Shown: one piece after another, positions 39,284 to 50,003 of the stretch
Layout of the letters: every line of letters starts with the position of its first letter
How positions within the stretch are numbered: position 1 is the stretch's first letter
DNA from: Fidelibacterota bacterium
GTDB taxonomy: Bacteria; Fidelibacterota; JAANXI01
Assembly: GCA_021734025.1 (NCBI GenBank)
Contig: JAIPJS010000003.1
Location: 92,332 to 156,331, forward strand
DNA length: 64,000 bases
Direction of reading: 5' to 3'
Notes under the pieces: model-generated
Seen by the model: only the letters and a program-made list of their open reading frames with translations
What the model was told of the DNA's origin: nothing
Databases searched by the model: none
Program-made: the position numbers and the translations under genes

Positions 39284-42136
39284 ATGCATAAGTTAAAGTT
39301 ATTTCTCAGTATAATGCTGTTACTGTCTTTTGTCGGCTGCGCAGGTACGAACCAGCAACAGTCTAAAAGCGATACAGCGACGGATACGGGAGAATCCGCC
39401 TATGCCCTGGATCAGGAGTTGCCTGTTGGACCGCATGTTGAAAAGGGGCAGTTTGCCAATGGGCTGACCTATTACATCCGAAAAAACTCCCGGCCAGAGA
39501 ATCGGATGGAGCTGCGCCTGGTTGTGAATGCCGGTTCAATCCTGGAAGACGAAAATCAACAGGGTTTGGCACATTTCACTGAGCATATGGCGTTCAACGG
39601 GACGGAGCACTTTGAGAAACAGGAACTGGTGAATTATCTGGAGTCCATCGGGATGCGGTTTGGTCCGGATATTAATGCGTATACCAGTTTCGACGAAACC
39701 GTCTATATGCTACAGCTACCGACAGACAGTGCTTCGGTCATGAAGGAGGGATTTCAGGTGCTGGAAGACTGGGCGCATGCATTAACATTTACTCATGAGG
39801 AAATAGACAAGGAGCGGGGCGTTGTGCAGGAAGAGTGGCGCCTCGGCCGTGGTGTACAGGCCAGGATACGGGAAGAACAGTACCCGATACTTTTTCACAA
39901 TTCCCGGTATGCGGAGCGGCTACCGATAGGTAAAAAGGCGGTACTCGACACCTTTCACTACGAGGCGCTTACCTCGTATTACAATACTTGGTACCGCCCG
40001 GAACTGATGGGCGTTGTTGCTATCGGGGATTTTGATCCTGGGCGAATACACACACTTATTGGAGAGCATTTTCAGTCGCTGGAACCAAAACCCGAAGCGC
40101 CGGAGCGAAAAATATATCAGGTTCCGGATCATGAGGAGACGCTTTTCGCCATCGCATCCGACCCGGAAGCCACGCAATCTGGCGTCTCCATTTATTACAA
40201 GCAGCCTGCAACACATGAAGAAACTGTGGCTGATTACCGGCAAGGCATCGTGGAGCGCCTGTACAACCAAATGTTCAACCAGCGGCTGTCTGAGTTGACG
40301 CAAACCGAAGATCCGCCATTCCTCAGTGGATATTCAGGGCAGGGACAGTTTGTCCGGTCTAAGGAGTTTTACTATCTCGGCGCCACGGTGGAAGATAATG
40401 GCCTACTGCGGGGATTTGAAACGCTGTTGACCGAAGCGGAGCGGGTGAGAAAGCACGGTTTTACAGCGACCGAGTTGGAGCGGGAAAAACAGTCGATTCT
40501 CCGGTCAATCGAACAGACGTACCGCGAACGCAACAAGACTAGATCGCGTCGATATGCCTCCGAGTATATCCGGAACTTCCTGTTTAATGAGCCAATCCCG
40601 GGAATCGAATATGAGTATGCCGTATACCGGGAATATGTCCCGACGATTAGCCTGGAGGAGGTGAACCAACTGGCGGAGGAGTGGATTACGGATAAAAATC
40701 GGGTGGTTATGACCGAATCGCCGGAAAAGGAAGGGAACCGTATTCCCGGTGAAGAAGATCTCCGTGGAATCATGCAAAAAGTTGCTGATAAAGACATCGT
40801 GGCGTACAAGGATGACGTCAAAGATCAACCGCTAATGGAAAAGGTGCCTGAACCCGCTGAGATTGTCGCCGATACCATCTACGAAGATGTCGGGGTGACG
40901 GAATGGACGCTGGCAAACGGAATCCGGGTTGCACTGAAACCGACGGATTTCAAGAATGACGAGGTGCGTTTCGCATCCTTTAGTTGGGGAGGAACTTCTC
41001 TTGTTCCGGACTCCAATCTGATTCCGGCAGAGACGGCGATAAGTATAATCGGACAAAGTGGAGTAGGTGACTTCAGCGAGATCCAGCTGGGTAAGCTGCT
41101 TTCGGATAAGGTCGTCAGCGTAAGTCCGTATATCGGTCAGCTCAGTGAAGGAATGTCCGGCAGCGCTTCCCCCGAAGATCTGGAGACCATGTTCCAACTG
41201 ATTTCTCTCTATTTTACCGAAATACGACGGGACAGTACGGCCTTTGCATCGTTCAAATCCCGGTATAAGGCCTATTATGCTAATCAGGGCGCCAACCCTG
41301 AGAGAGCCTATCAGGATACGTTAACTACCACTCTGACTCAGCATCACCCACGGTTCAAACCGTATACTGTGGAGACCTTTGAGCAAATGGATCTGGACAA
41401 GTCCATGCATATTTACCGCGAGCGCTTTGCCGATGCCGGGGAGTTTACCTTTGTATTCGTCGGGAATTTCAATCCTGATTCGCTCAAACCGCTGGTCAAA
41501 ACATATCTTGGTAGTCTCAAAGATTTACCAGGTGAAGAACAGTGGCGGGATGTGACCTATTCGTATCCGGACTCGGTTATTAAAAAGACAGTGAGAAAAG
41601 GGATTGAACCCAAAGCACGCACGGCCATCGCCTTTACGGGAATGGAAGATTGGACCCCGAAGAAAAGATATGTGGCTAGTGCGCTGACTGATTATCTGAG
41701 TATTAAACTCCGGGAAGTCGTCCGCGAGGATTTGGGCGGGACCTACGGTGTGTCAGTCAACGGTCGATTCCCGAGACTTCCCAGAGAAAGATATCGCATC
41801 CGGATATCGTTTGGAGCCGATCCCGAACGCATCCAGGAGTTAACTGACGTGGTATTTGCCCAGATTGACAGCCTGAAGGAGCATGGTGTTGGCAAAGAAT
41901 ACCTCCAAAAAATTACGGAGATTGACCTTAGAAACCACGAGACCAACCTGAAGGAAAACAGTTACTGGATGAATCAGATCAAGAATGCCTACTATTACGG
42001 AACGGATATGGGGAATATACTCACGTACCCGGATCTTGTGAATAGTATCACGACGGCTGACATTCAAAAAGCCGCGCAACGGTACCTCAATATGGATGAC
42101 TATGTACAGATAACTTTGCTACCTGAACAACAGTAA
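39284..42136 (+). CDS. M16 family zinc metallopeptidase (pitrilysin-like, double M16 unit), lipoprotein
   Basis: Start set at MHKLKLFLSIMLLLSFVGC (lipobox) at 39284. Inverted zinc motif HFTEH with downstream E residues. About 950 aa with two active/inactive M16 domain pairs. Confidence 0.8.
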   Translation: MHKLKLFLSIMLLLSFVGCAGTNQQQSKSDTATDTGESAYALDQELPVGPHVEKGQFANGLTYYIRKNSRPENRMELRLVVNAGSILEDENQQGLAHFTEHMAFNGTEHFEKQELVNYLESIGMRFGPDINAYTSFDETVYMLQLPTDSASVMKEGFQVLEDWAHALTFTHEEIDKERGVVQEEWRLGRGVQARIREEQYPILFHNSRYAERLPIGKKAVLDTFHYEALTSYYNTWYRPELMGVVAIGDFDPGRIHTLIGEHFQSLEPKPEAPERKIYQVPDHEETLFAIASDPEATQSGVSIYYKQPATHEETVADYRQGIVERLYNQMFNQRLSELTQTEDPPFLSGYSGQGQFVRSKEFYYLGATVEDNGLLRGFETLLTEAERVRKHGFTATELEREKQSILRSIEQTYRERNKTRSRRYASEYIRNFLFNEPIPGIEYEYAVYREYVPTISLEEVNQLAEEWITDKNRVVMTESPEKEGNRIPGEEDLRGIMQKVADKDIVAYKDDVKDQPLMEKVPEPAEIVADTIYEDVGVTEWTLANGIRVALKPTDFKNDEVRFASFSWGGTSLVPDSNLIPAETAISIIGQSGVGDFSEIQLGKLLSDKVVSVSPYIGQLSEGMSGSASPEDLETMFQLISLYFTEIRRDSTAFASFKSRYKAYYANQGANPERAYQDTLTTTLTQHHPRFKPYTVETFEQMDLDKSMHIYRERFADAGEFTFVFVGNFNPDSLKPLVKTYLGSLKDLPGEEQWRDVTYSYPDSVIKKTVRKGIEPKARTAIAFTGMEDWTPKKRYVASALTDYLSIKLREVVREDLGGTYGVSVNGRFPRLPRERYRIRISFGADPERIQELTDVVFAQIDSLKEHGVGKEYLQKITEIDLRNHETNLKENSYWMNQIKNAYYYGTDMGNILTYPDLVNSITTADIQKAAQRYLNMDDYVQITLLPEQQ

Positions 42137-42300
42137 CTGACTGGAGTATTGAGGTCTCATGTGTTGAAGTGGAAATGTGTGATGTGAAAATGACCAGGTA
42201 CAAAAATTGAGTTTTCAGTTTAGCCTCTATGCATTAAAAACAAGTCGATCACAGGAGGCATTAATCTATCTACCTACTCCTAATATAAATACGGTTTTTA

Positions 42301-42335
42301 CTTGAACACCTGAACACTCGAACACTATAACACTG
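42301..42335. repeat. Tandem GAACAC-type array
   Basis: cttgaacacctgaacactcgaacactataacactg, between the convergent M16 peptidase and suhB genes. Confidence 0.55.
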
Positions 42336-42338
42336 TAG

Positions 42339-43124
42339 TTATTCTCCCGACGGTACCAACCCAATCACATCCTGCATTGCCTGATGAATTTTCCCGTTGG
42401 ATGCCAGAATTTCGCCGTCGAATATGGTTGATCCCGAGCCATCGAATTTACTGACTGTGCCACCGGCTTCCTGCAGGATCAGCGTTCCAGCTGCTACATC
42501 CCAGGGATTTAGATCCAGTTCCCAGAATCCATCGAATCGCCCGGAAGCTACATAGCAGAGATCCAGTGCTGCCGATCCATCCCGCCGTACACCGTGACTT
42601 CGATAATAAAAGAGTTTGAAAAGCTCCATCGATTTGTACCATCGTTCAGAGACCTTGTACGGCAGTCCCGTGGAAAGCAGGGAGGAGGACAGTTTTTCCG
42701 TGGAGGATACCTGAATCGGTTCCTTGTTTAAAAATGCCCCCTGCCCCCTGATTGCCGAGTACAACTCACCATCTTTGGAATTATGGACAATGCCGATCAC
42801 CAGTTCACCGTTCTGCTCGACGGCAATGGAGACGGCATAATGTTGATACCCGTGTACGAAATTTGTGGTTCCGTCCAATGGATCGATAATCCATCGGGTT
42901 TCGGCATCGGATTGTTCAACGTCGCTTTCCTCAGCCAGAATGTCGTGATCGGGAAATGTCTCGTGGATGCTCTCCACAATGAGCCGTTCCGATGTTCGAT
43001 CCACGTCGGTGACCATATCCGCACGGCCCTTATAATCGATGGAACCAAGCTTTCCTGCGGATTTCTCGATGTGATCGCCGGCGACCTGGGCGGCGTTTAG
43101 TGCAACCTGAAAAAGTTCGTTCAT
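42339..43124 (-). CDS. suhB: Inositol monophosphatase family protein
   Basis: 261 aa. IMPase motifs (EESD; IDPLDGTTNFVHG; WDVAAG). Confidence 0.8.
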   Translation of the reverse strand: MNELFQVALNAAQVAGDHIEKSAGKLGSIDYKGRADMVTDVDRTSERLIVESIHETFPDHDILAEESDVEQSDAETRWIIDPLDGTTNFVHGYQHYAVSIAVEQNGELVIGIVHNSKDGELYSAIRGQGAFLNKEPIQVSSTEKLSSSLLSTGLPYKVSERWYKSMELFKLFYYRSHGVRRDGSAALDLCYVASGRFDGFWELDLNPWDVAAGTLILQEAGGTVSKFDGSGSTIFDGEILASNGKIHQAMQDVIGLVPSGE

Positions 43125-44779
43125 TACCGTATCTCCGGATGTTTGACGCTGGTGTACAATTTCGTCCAGTCGGCAACCTTGTTCACCAACCCCAATGTGG
43201 CCAGTAGATTCGGAATCGCCATCAGCGCCATGGCGATATCGGAAAATAGCCAGACCGTATTCAGTGTTAAAAGTGATCCTAAAAAGATAAAGATTACAAA
43301 GATGATTCGGTACGGCAGAATGCCCTTTCTGCCCACAATATATTCAATAGAACGGTCTCCGTAGTAAGACCATGCCAGCGCGGTAGAGAAAGCAAACAGG
43401 ATAACGCCGATGGAGACAATGTAGTTCCCCCAACGTCCGGGCAGTCCACGGCTGAAACCCTGTGCGGTGAGTTCGGCTCCGGTGAGTGCCACTTCTCCGG
43501 ACACAGCGAGATCTGCTGAAGGATCGGAGGAGACGATTTGACCCTCCTGTATGGTAATCGTCCCGGAAAAATCGGAATAATCAGTCAACTCATCCTGAGC
43601 AAGAAAAGAATAGTTGTCCACGGTGCCGGTTTCGTGATAGATGCTGAAGTCACCGCTGATTGCGCCGTCTTTGACGGTGATTGTCCCGGAATACGGCTCT
43701 TTGACCTGAAGGCTGTTCGGGGTGATTTCTCCGGCATAGACAGTGAGTTCAGAGAGATAAGCACCTTCCAGGATTTCATCAAATTTTTCTTGCCACACAC
43801 CGGTCGTTACCAGCACCAACCCGGTAAGCGTACAGATGATGAGTGTGTCGATGAACGGACCGATCATGGCGACTACACCTTCGCGCACGGATTCCTTGGT
43901 TTTGGCAGCAGCGTGTGCAATCGGCGCCGATCCCAGGCCCGCTTCATTGGAAAACAGACCGCGTTTGATTCCCCAGGTGAGGGTAACAATCCAGGCCGAG
44001 CCGAAGAATCCGCCCATCTGAGCGGTTGGCGTAAAGGCATTCTCAAATATTAAAATGATTGACGGAATGATATTCTGGTAATTCGCTGCGATAATAATTA
44101 CAGCACCGATGACATAGATCGCTGCCATAAAAGGCACCAAACGACTGGCCACGCGACCAATACGCCGAATTCCACCGACGATAACTACGCCGACTAATCC
44201 GGCCAAGACCAGTCCGGTAATAAATGGCGGTACGCCAAAATCACGATGTAGGGACACGGCGACCGTATTGGACTGTACCAGGTTGGGGATTCCTAGTGAT
44301 GTAATAAGGACCAGAGCGGCAAAGGTGATTCCCAGCGGTTTCCATGCGGCGCCCAGCCCGCGCTCAATGGAGTACATCGGGCCGCCGGACGCCGTGCCAT
44401 CGCCATGGATCGTCCGGTACTTGTGGCTCAGGGTACAGGTTGTAAATTTTGTCGCCATTCCGAAAAGCGCGGTAATCCACATCCAGAAGAGAACGCCGGG
44501 GCCGCCCCAGTGCACAGCGGTCGCCACACCGGCAATATTCCCGATTCCGATGGTAGCGGAAAGGGCGGCGGAAAGCGCCTCGAAATGATTGATGTCACCT
44601 TCGTCGTCTGGATTGTCGTAATGCCCGGCGATCACCCGCCACGCATGACGGAATAGCCGAAATTGCGGGAATCCGAGCCGAAAGGTCAGAAAAATGCCTG
44701 TGCCAACAAGGATAATCACCATCGGCCAGCCCCAGACGACACCCGATATCGAGTTCAGAATTGATTGCAATGCTTCCAT
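43124..44779 (-). CDS. Sodium:alanine (amino acid:cation) symporter family transporter with an extra ~115-aa loop insertion
   Basis: 551 aa. AGCS-family N-terminus and conserved TM blocks. Residues ~330-448 (nt 43436-43792) form an acidic S/T/G-rich segment with internal repeats (SGTITVKDGAISGDFSIY / SGTITIQEGQIVSSDPSA), absent from typical 450-480 aa family members. Confidence 0.8.
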   Translation of the reverse strand: MEALQSILNSISGVVWGWPMVIILVGTGIFLTFRLGFPQFRLFRHAWRVIAGHYDNPDDEGDINHFEALSAALSATIGIGNIAGVATAVHWGGPGVLFWMWITALFGMATKFTTCTLSHKYRTIHGDGTASGGPMYSIERGLGAAWKPLGITFAALVLITSLGIPNLVQSNTVAVSLHRDFGVPPFITGLVLAGLVGVVIVGGIRRIGRVASRLVPFMAAIYVIGAVIIIAANYQNIIPSIILIFENAFTPTAQMGGFFGSAWIVTLTWGIKRGLFSNEAGLGSAPIAHAAAKTKESVREGVVAMIGPFIDTLIICTLTGLVLVTTGVWQEKFDEILEGAYLSELTVYAGEITPNSLQVKEPYSGTITVKDGAISGDFSIYHETGTVDNYSFLAQDELTDYSDFSGTITIQEGQIVSSDPSADLAVSGEVALTGAELTAQGFSRGLPGRWGNYIVSIGVILFAFSTALAWSYYGDRSIEYIVGRKGILPYRIIFVIFIFLGSLLTLNTVWLFSDIAMALMAIPNLLATLGLVNKVADWTKLYTSVKHPEIR

Positions 44780-45210
44780 GTATGTGCTCCTCTGAAGACA
44801 GTATTCAAGTGTTAATGTGTTACCCCATGTTATAGTGAAAAATTATCACGAGTCGCGGGTCTTTCTAACGTTTTCCACCTTCAATTCTATCTATATGCAA
44901 GTTTCAGGTATCCACTTTTTCCGGTTTCCTTCGTCGCGGTGGACTCCGATCGCATTCTTTTCGCAATACGTAATGCGCAGTACGCAATACTCGCATTGCT
45001 TCAGAGAAATCTGGTTTTGTTCTCTAAAATCCCACAAGGCTTCAGTGGGATATAATGTTGAATATGAAGACGAAAATTAACACCGGGCTTTCTCAGAATC
45101 AACTAAGTGTCCGGCACTCTGCCACGCTAATTTTGAAATTGTGGCAATTGGTCGGTATAATATTCCTGAACATTCAGGAATCAATGTAACGTAAATCAAG
45201 GAGGTTTATA

Positions 45211-45639
45211 ATGGCGAAACGAACAGGCTCTGCACAGTGGAAAGGCGGTCTGCAGGACGGGACCGGTACAGTCAGCACAGAAACCGGTGTATTGGACAAC
45301 ACTCCATACTCCTTTACGTCCAGATTTGAAGAAGGCAAAGGATCCAATCCGGAGGAGCTTATCGGAGCCGCGCACGCGGGGTGCTATTCAATGGCGCTCT
45401 CTGCAGAACTCGGCGAAGACGGATATACGCCGAATTCCATCGATACCACTGATAAAGTTCATCTGGTAAAGAAGAATGACGGCTTTGCTATCTCAAAAAT
45501 CGAAATTCATACCGAAGCGGACATTCCGAATATTGATGAAAATACATTTTTAAAATATGCCGAGGCGGCAAAAAAGGGCTGCCCGGTTTCCAAAGCACTA
45601 GCCGGCGTCGAATTTGAGCTCCATGCTACGCTGAAATAA
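45211..45639 (+). CDS. osmC: OsmC/Ohr family peroxiredoxin-like protein
   Basis: 142 aa. Two conserved Cys blocks (AHAGCYSMAL; KKGCPVSKAL) typical of OsmC. Confidence 0.85.
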   Translation: MAKRTGSAQWKGGLQDGTGTVSTETGVLDNTPYSFTSRFEEGKGSNPEELIGAAHAGCYSMALSAELGEDGYTPNSIDTTDKVHLVKKNDGFAISKIEIHTEADIPNIDENTFLKYAEAAKKGCPVSKALAGVEFELHATLK

Positions 45640-45656
45640 AAGAAGAGCTTTGTCGA

Positions 45657-45692
45657 GCGGGGTTCTCGGAATGAGGATCCCGCTTTTTTTAT
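45657..45692 (+). terminator. Rho-independent terminator after osmC
   Basis: GC stem gcggg...cccgc followed by TTTTTTT. Confidence 0.5.
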
Positions 45693-45783
45693 TCCTCAGA
45701 ACGGCTCTACCACAATTGCATAAAAATTCATTGTGATGGCAATTTTACACCATGAATAGCCCAATGAAGGAGGTAATATATTC

Positions 45784-46419
45784 ATGTCAGAACCGTCTGC
45801 ACGAGCTCAAGTGGTTGAAACTGTCGCTCCGGCCATTCTCCACTGGACACTTGAGGATGATCGAATCCATAACCGGAGCGATTCGTATGCAATCGAAACG
45901 CCGGATGGCAATGTATTAATAGACCCGCTGCCACTGAAAGAGTCTGCGCTCGGCGACCTCGGAGAAATTCGTGCTATCTGTCTGACAGGGAGATTTCATC
46001 AGCGTGCCGCCTGGCGGTACCAGGAACACTTTAGCGTTCCGGTATACGCTCCGAAAAACGGTAAAGGATATGAGGGGGAACCAGACCACCTCTACGAATC
46101 CGGAGATATGCTTCCGGGGAATCTCAAGGTTGTACACGCGCCGGGGCCGACGGATGCTCATTATAATTTTTACTATACGAGTGATAATTTGAAGGCCATG
46201 TTTATTGCTGATCTGCTTATTCGGAGATCTGCGGATAACATCTTCAGGTTCGTTCCGGGCCAGTTCATGGACAATCCGGATCTCACCAGAGAAAGCGCCA
46301 GGAATCTGCTCAACTACGATATCGATTTACTCTGTCCCAACCATGGCGCAGTCCAAAAAGGGAATGTTCACCAAGTCATCAGGGAGGCACTTGAACACGA
46401 CCTGGAAAAGGGGCAATAG
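45784..46419 (+). CDS. Hypothetical protein, possible degenerate MBL-fold hydrolase
   Basis: 211 aa. Beta-lactamase-like layout (NVLIDPLPL...HAPGPTDAH...) but no intact HxHxDH motif. Confidence 0.35.
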   Translation: MSEPSARAQVVETVAPAILHWTLEDDRIHNRSDSYAIETPDGNVLIDPLPLKESALGDLGEIRAICLTGRFHQRAAWRYQEHFSVPVYAPKNGKGYEGEPDHLYESGDMLPGNLKVVHAPGPTDAHYNFYYTSDNLKAMFIADLLIRRSADNIFRFVPGQFMDNPDLTRESARNLLNYDIDLLCPNHGAVQKGNVHQVIREALEHDLEKGQ

Positions 46420-46536
46420 GTAAAAAGAGGGGATGTCGGAATTTTACATTCCGTCTATTTCTCGATTTTGCGTTTTTACCTTGATATGTAAAAGGCGGTC
46501 GAATAAATTTGTAAAATTTAAACGAAGGCCGCATGC

Positions 46537-48063
46537 ATGGATCGTTTGATTCTCGACGGTAACAGTTTATCCCTCGAACAATGTTCCGATTTCCTTGCCT
46601 TCAACTCGCCTGTGACTATTGAGGACACCGCCATCCACCGGATGGAACAATCCCGGGAGGTTGTGGAGCAGGCAATTGCCTCCGGAAAAACCGTCTACGG
46701 GGTTAATACCGGATTCGGTAAGCTGTCGGACGTTCGGATTGACAATGACAAACTTGAGCAGCTCCAGGCGAATTTGGTCCGGAGCCACGCGGCCGGTGTC
46801 GGCGATCCGATAGGCGATGATATTGTTCGCTTAATCCTATTATTTAAGATTAATGCTCTTGCCAAGGGAAATTCTGGCTGCAGGGCGTTAATCGCCGAAA
46901 CGCTGGCCGAGGTGTTGAATGCCGGTATCCTGCCAGTTATTCCGGCACAAGGCTCCGTTGGCGCAAGCGGAGACCTGGCTCCTCTGTCTCACCTTGCATT
47001 AACTCTTATGGGGGAAGGGATTGTCCAGTATCGCGGTAAAAAAATACCTGCTATGTTTGCACTTAAGCAGGAAGGAGTCGAACCGGTCACATTGAAGGCC
47101 AAAGAGGGGTTGGCGATTCTGAACGGAACACAGGTCTCCCTGGCGCTTGGTGTGGAGGCGCTTCTTCGGCTCGACAATCTGGTGAAGGCAGCAGATATCA
47201 TTGGGGCGATGAGCGTAGAGACACTCCAGGGAACTGATCAGCCTTTTCGGGCAGACGTTCAGGAAATCCGGGCTCAGGATGGACAGGTCGCCAGCGCCAA
47301 AAATCTTTACTCACTATTGCAGGACAGCGAAATACATGACCATCACCGGGATTGCGGGAAGGTACAGGATATGTACAGTCTGCGATGTATGCCCCAGGTA
47401 CATGGTGCGTGCAGAAATGCACTGGAATATGCTCGCCCGGTGTTGAGCAGGGAAATGAACTCCTCGACGGACAATCCCATCGTGTTCCCGGAATCGGGCG
47501 AAATTGTGTCCGGCGGGAACTTCAATGCAGAACCAGTGGGGATGGTGCTGGATTCACTTTCAGTTGCGGCAGCAGAACTCGCAAGCATTTCCGAGCGTCG
47601 AATCGCCTCGATGATGGATCCGCAGATGAGCCAGATGCCACCATTCCTCACGGAAAACAGCGGATTGCAGTCAGGGTATATGCTGCCACAAATTACGGCG
47701 GCCTCGCTTGTCTCCGAAAATAAGGTGCTGGCGCATCCGGCGTCCGTCGATTCCATTCCGACATCCGCAAATCAGGAAGATCATGTCTCAATGGCCCCGC
47801 ATGCCGGCAGAAAGTTACGTGATATTACCGCAAACGTTGAGAATGTGTTCGCCATTGAATGGCTCTGTGCTGCCCAGGGATTAGATTTGAAGAAACCACT
47901 GACTCCGGCAAAATCCTTGCAGCCGGCATACAGACTGATCAGGGAGCATGTCCCTCCATGGGAAGGAGACAGAAGCCACGAAAAAGATATTCATGTGGCT
48001 GCACGGCTTATAAAAATGGGAATGCTCGTTAAGAGCGTTTCAGAAACACATCCCTTAAAATGA
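46537..48063 (+). CDS. hutH: Histidine ammonia-lyase family (MIO-containing aromatic amino acid ammonia-lyase)
   Basis: 508 aa. MIO-forming ASG triad in GSVGASGDLAPLSHLA. Overall HAL length. No other hut genes nearby. Confidence 0.75.
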   Translation: MDRLILDGNSLSLEQCSDFLAFNSPVTIEDTAIHRMEQSREVVEQAIASGKTVYGVNTGFGKLSDVRIDNDKLEQLQANLVRSHAAGVGDPIGDDIVRLILLFKINALAKGNSGCRALIAETLAEVLNAGILPVIPAQGSVGASGDLAPLSHLALTLMGEGIVQYRGKKIPAMFALKQEGVEPVTLKAKEGLAILNGTQVSLALGVEALLRLDNLVKAADIIGAMSVETLQGTDQPFRADVQEIRAQDGQVASAKNLYSLLQDSEIHDHHRDCGKVQDMYSLRCMPQVHGACRNALEYARPVLSREMNSSTDNPIVFPESGEIVSGGNFNAEPVGMVLDSLSVAAAELASISERRIASMMDPQMSQMPPFLTENSGLQSGYMLPQITAASLVSENKVLAHPASVDSIPTSANQEDHVSMAPHAGRKLRDITANVENVFAIEWLCAAQGLDLKKPLTPAKSLQPAYRLIREHVPPWEGDRSHEKDIHVAARLIKMGMLVKSVSETHPLK

Positions 48064-48099
48064 AATCCAGATATGACGATAACAATCAGCAAAAGGTAA

Positions 48100-49581
<1,482 letters not shown>

Positions 49582-49589
49582 CGGGAGAT

Positions 49590-49625
49590 AAAAAAAGGGC
49601 AGCAACCGGGCTGCCCTTGCAGAAT
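49590..49625. terminator. Hairpin terminator between convergent guaB and rpsT (strong for rpsT, possibly bidirectional)
   Basis: A-tract, then gggcagc-aaccgg-gctgccc. On the minus strand the hairpin is followed by TTTTTTT. Confidence 0.7.
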
Positions 49626-49649
49626 AAATTCTTCCAAAGGAAGTGAATG

Positions 49650-49901
49650 CTACAGACTATTCACGTGCTTAGTTATTTTGCTCTTTTCCCTGGCGGCCTT
49701 GTTTTTATGAATGATACCCTTGGAAGCCACCTTATCGATAGTGGAAACCGCGTCCTGGTATAACGATTCGGCCGTTTCCTTATCGCTGGCATTCATCACT
49801 TTTTTTACGGCCGACCGCACCTTGGTTTTGTAGTGCAGATTATGCTTCCGGCGCTTTTCGGCCTGTCTGACTCGCTTCTTTCCGGATTTTGTTATTGGCA
49901 T
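49650..49901 (-). CDS. rpsT: 30S ribosomal protein S20
   Basis: 83 aa. Basic N-terminus KSGKKRVRQAEKRRKHN and C-terminal IHKNKAAR match bS20. Confidence 0.85.
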   Translation of the reverse strand: MPITKSGKKRVRQAEKRRKHNLHYKTKVRSAVKKVMNASDKETAESLYQDAVSTIDKVASKGIIHKNKAAREKSKITKHVNSL

Positions 49902-50003
49902 GTGACTCCTTATCCATTGCTATTATTTTAAATCGAATTAATTTATACGGCCGAGCCAGCAAAGTCAACTCTCCTTTAACATAAACCCCAATGTGTACTT
50001 ATA

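Noticed and set aside
44880-44960. Glycine riboswitch upstream of the sodium:alanine symporter
   Set aside because: The minus strand has GGAGTCCACCGCGACGAAGGAAACC, which only partly resembles the GGAGAG...ACCGAAGGGGCAA core. The conserved GCAA and second aptamer are not evident. This needs a covariance-model scan.
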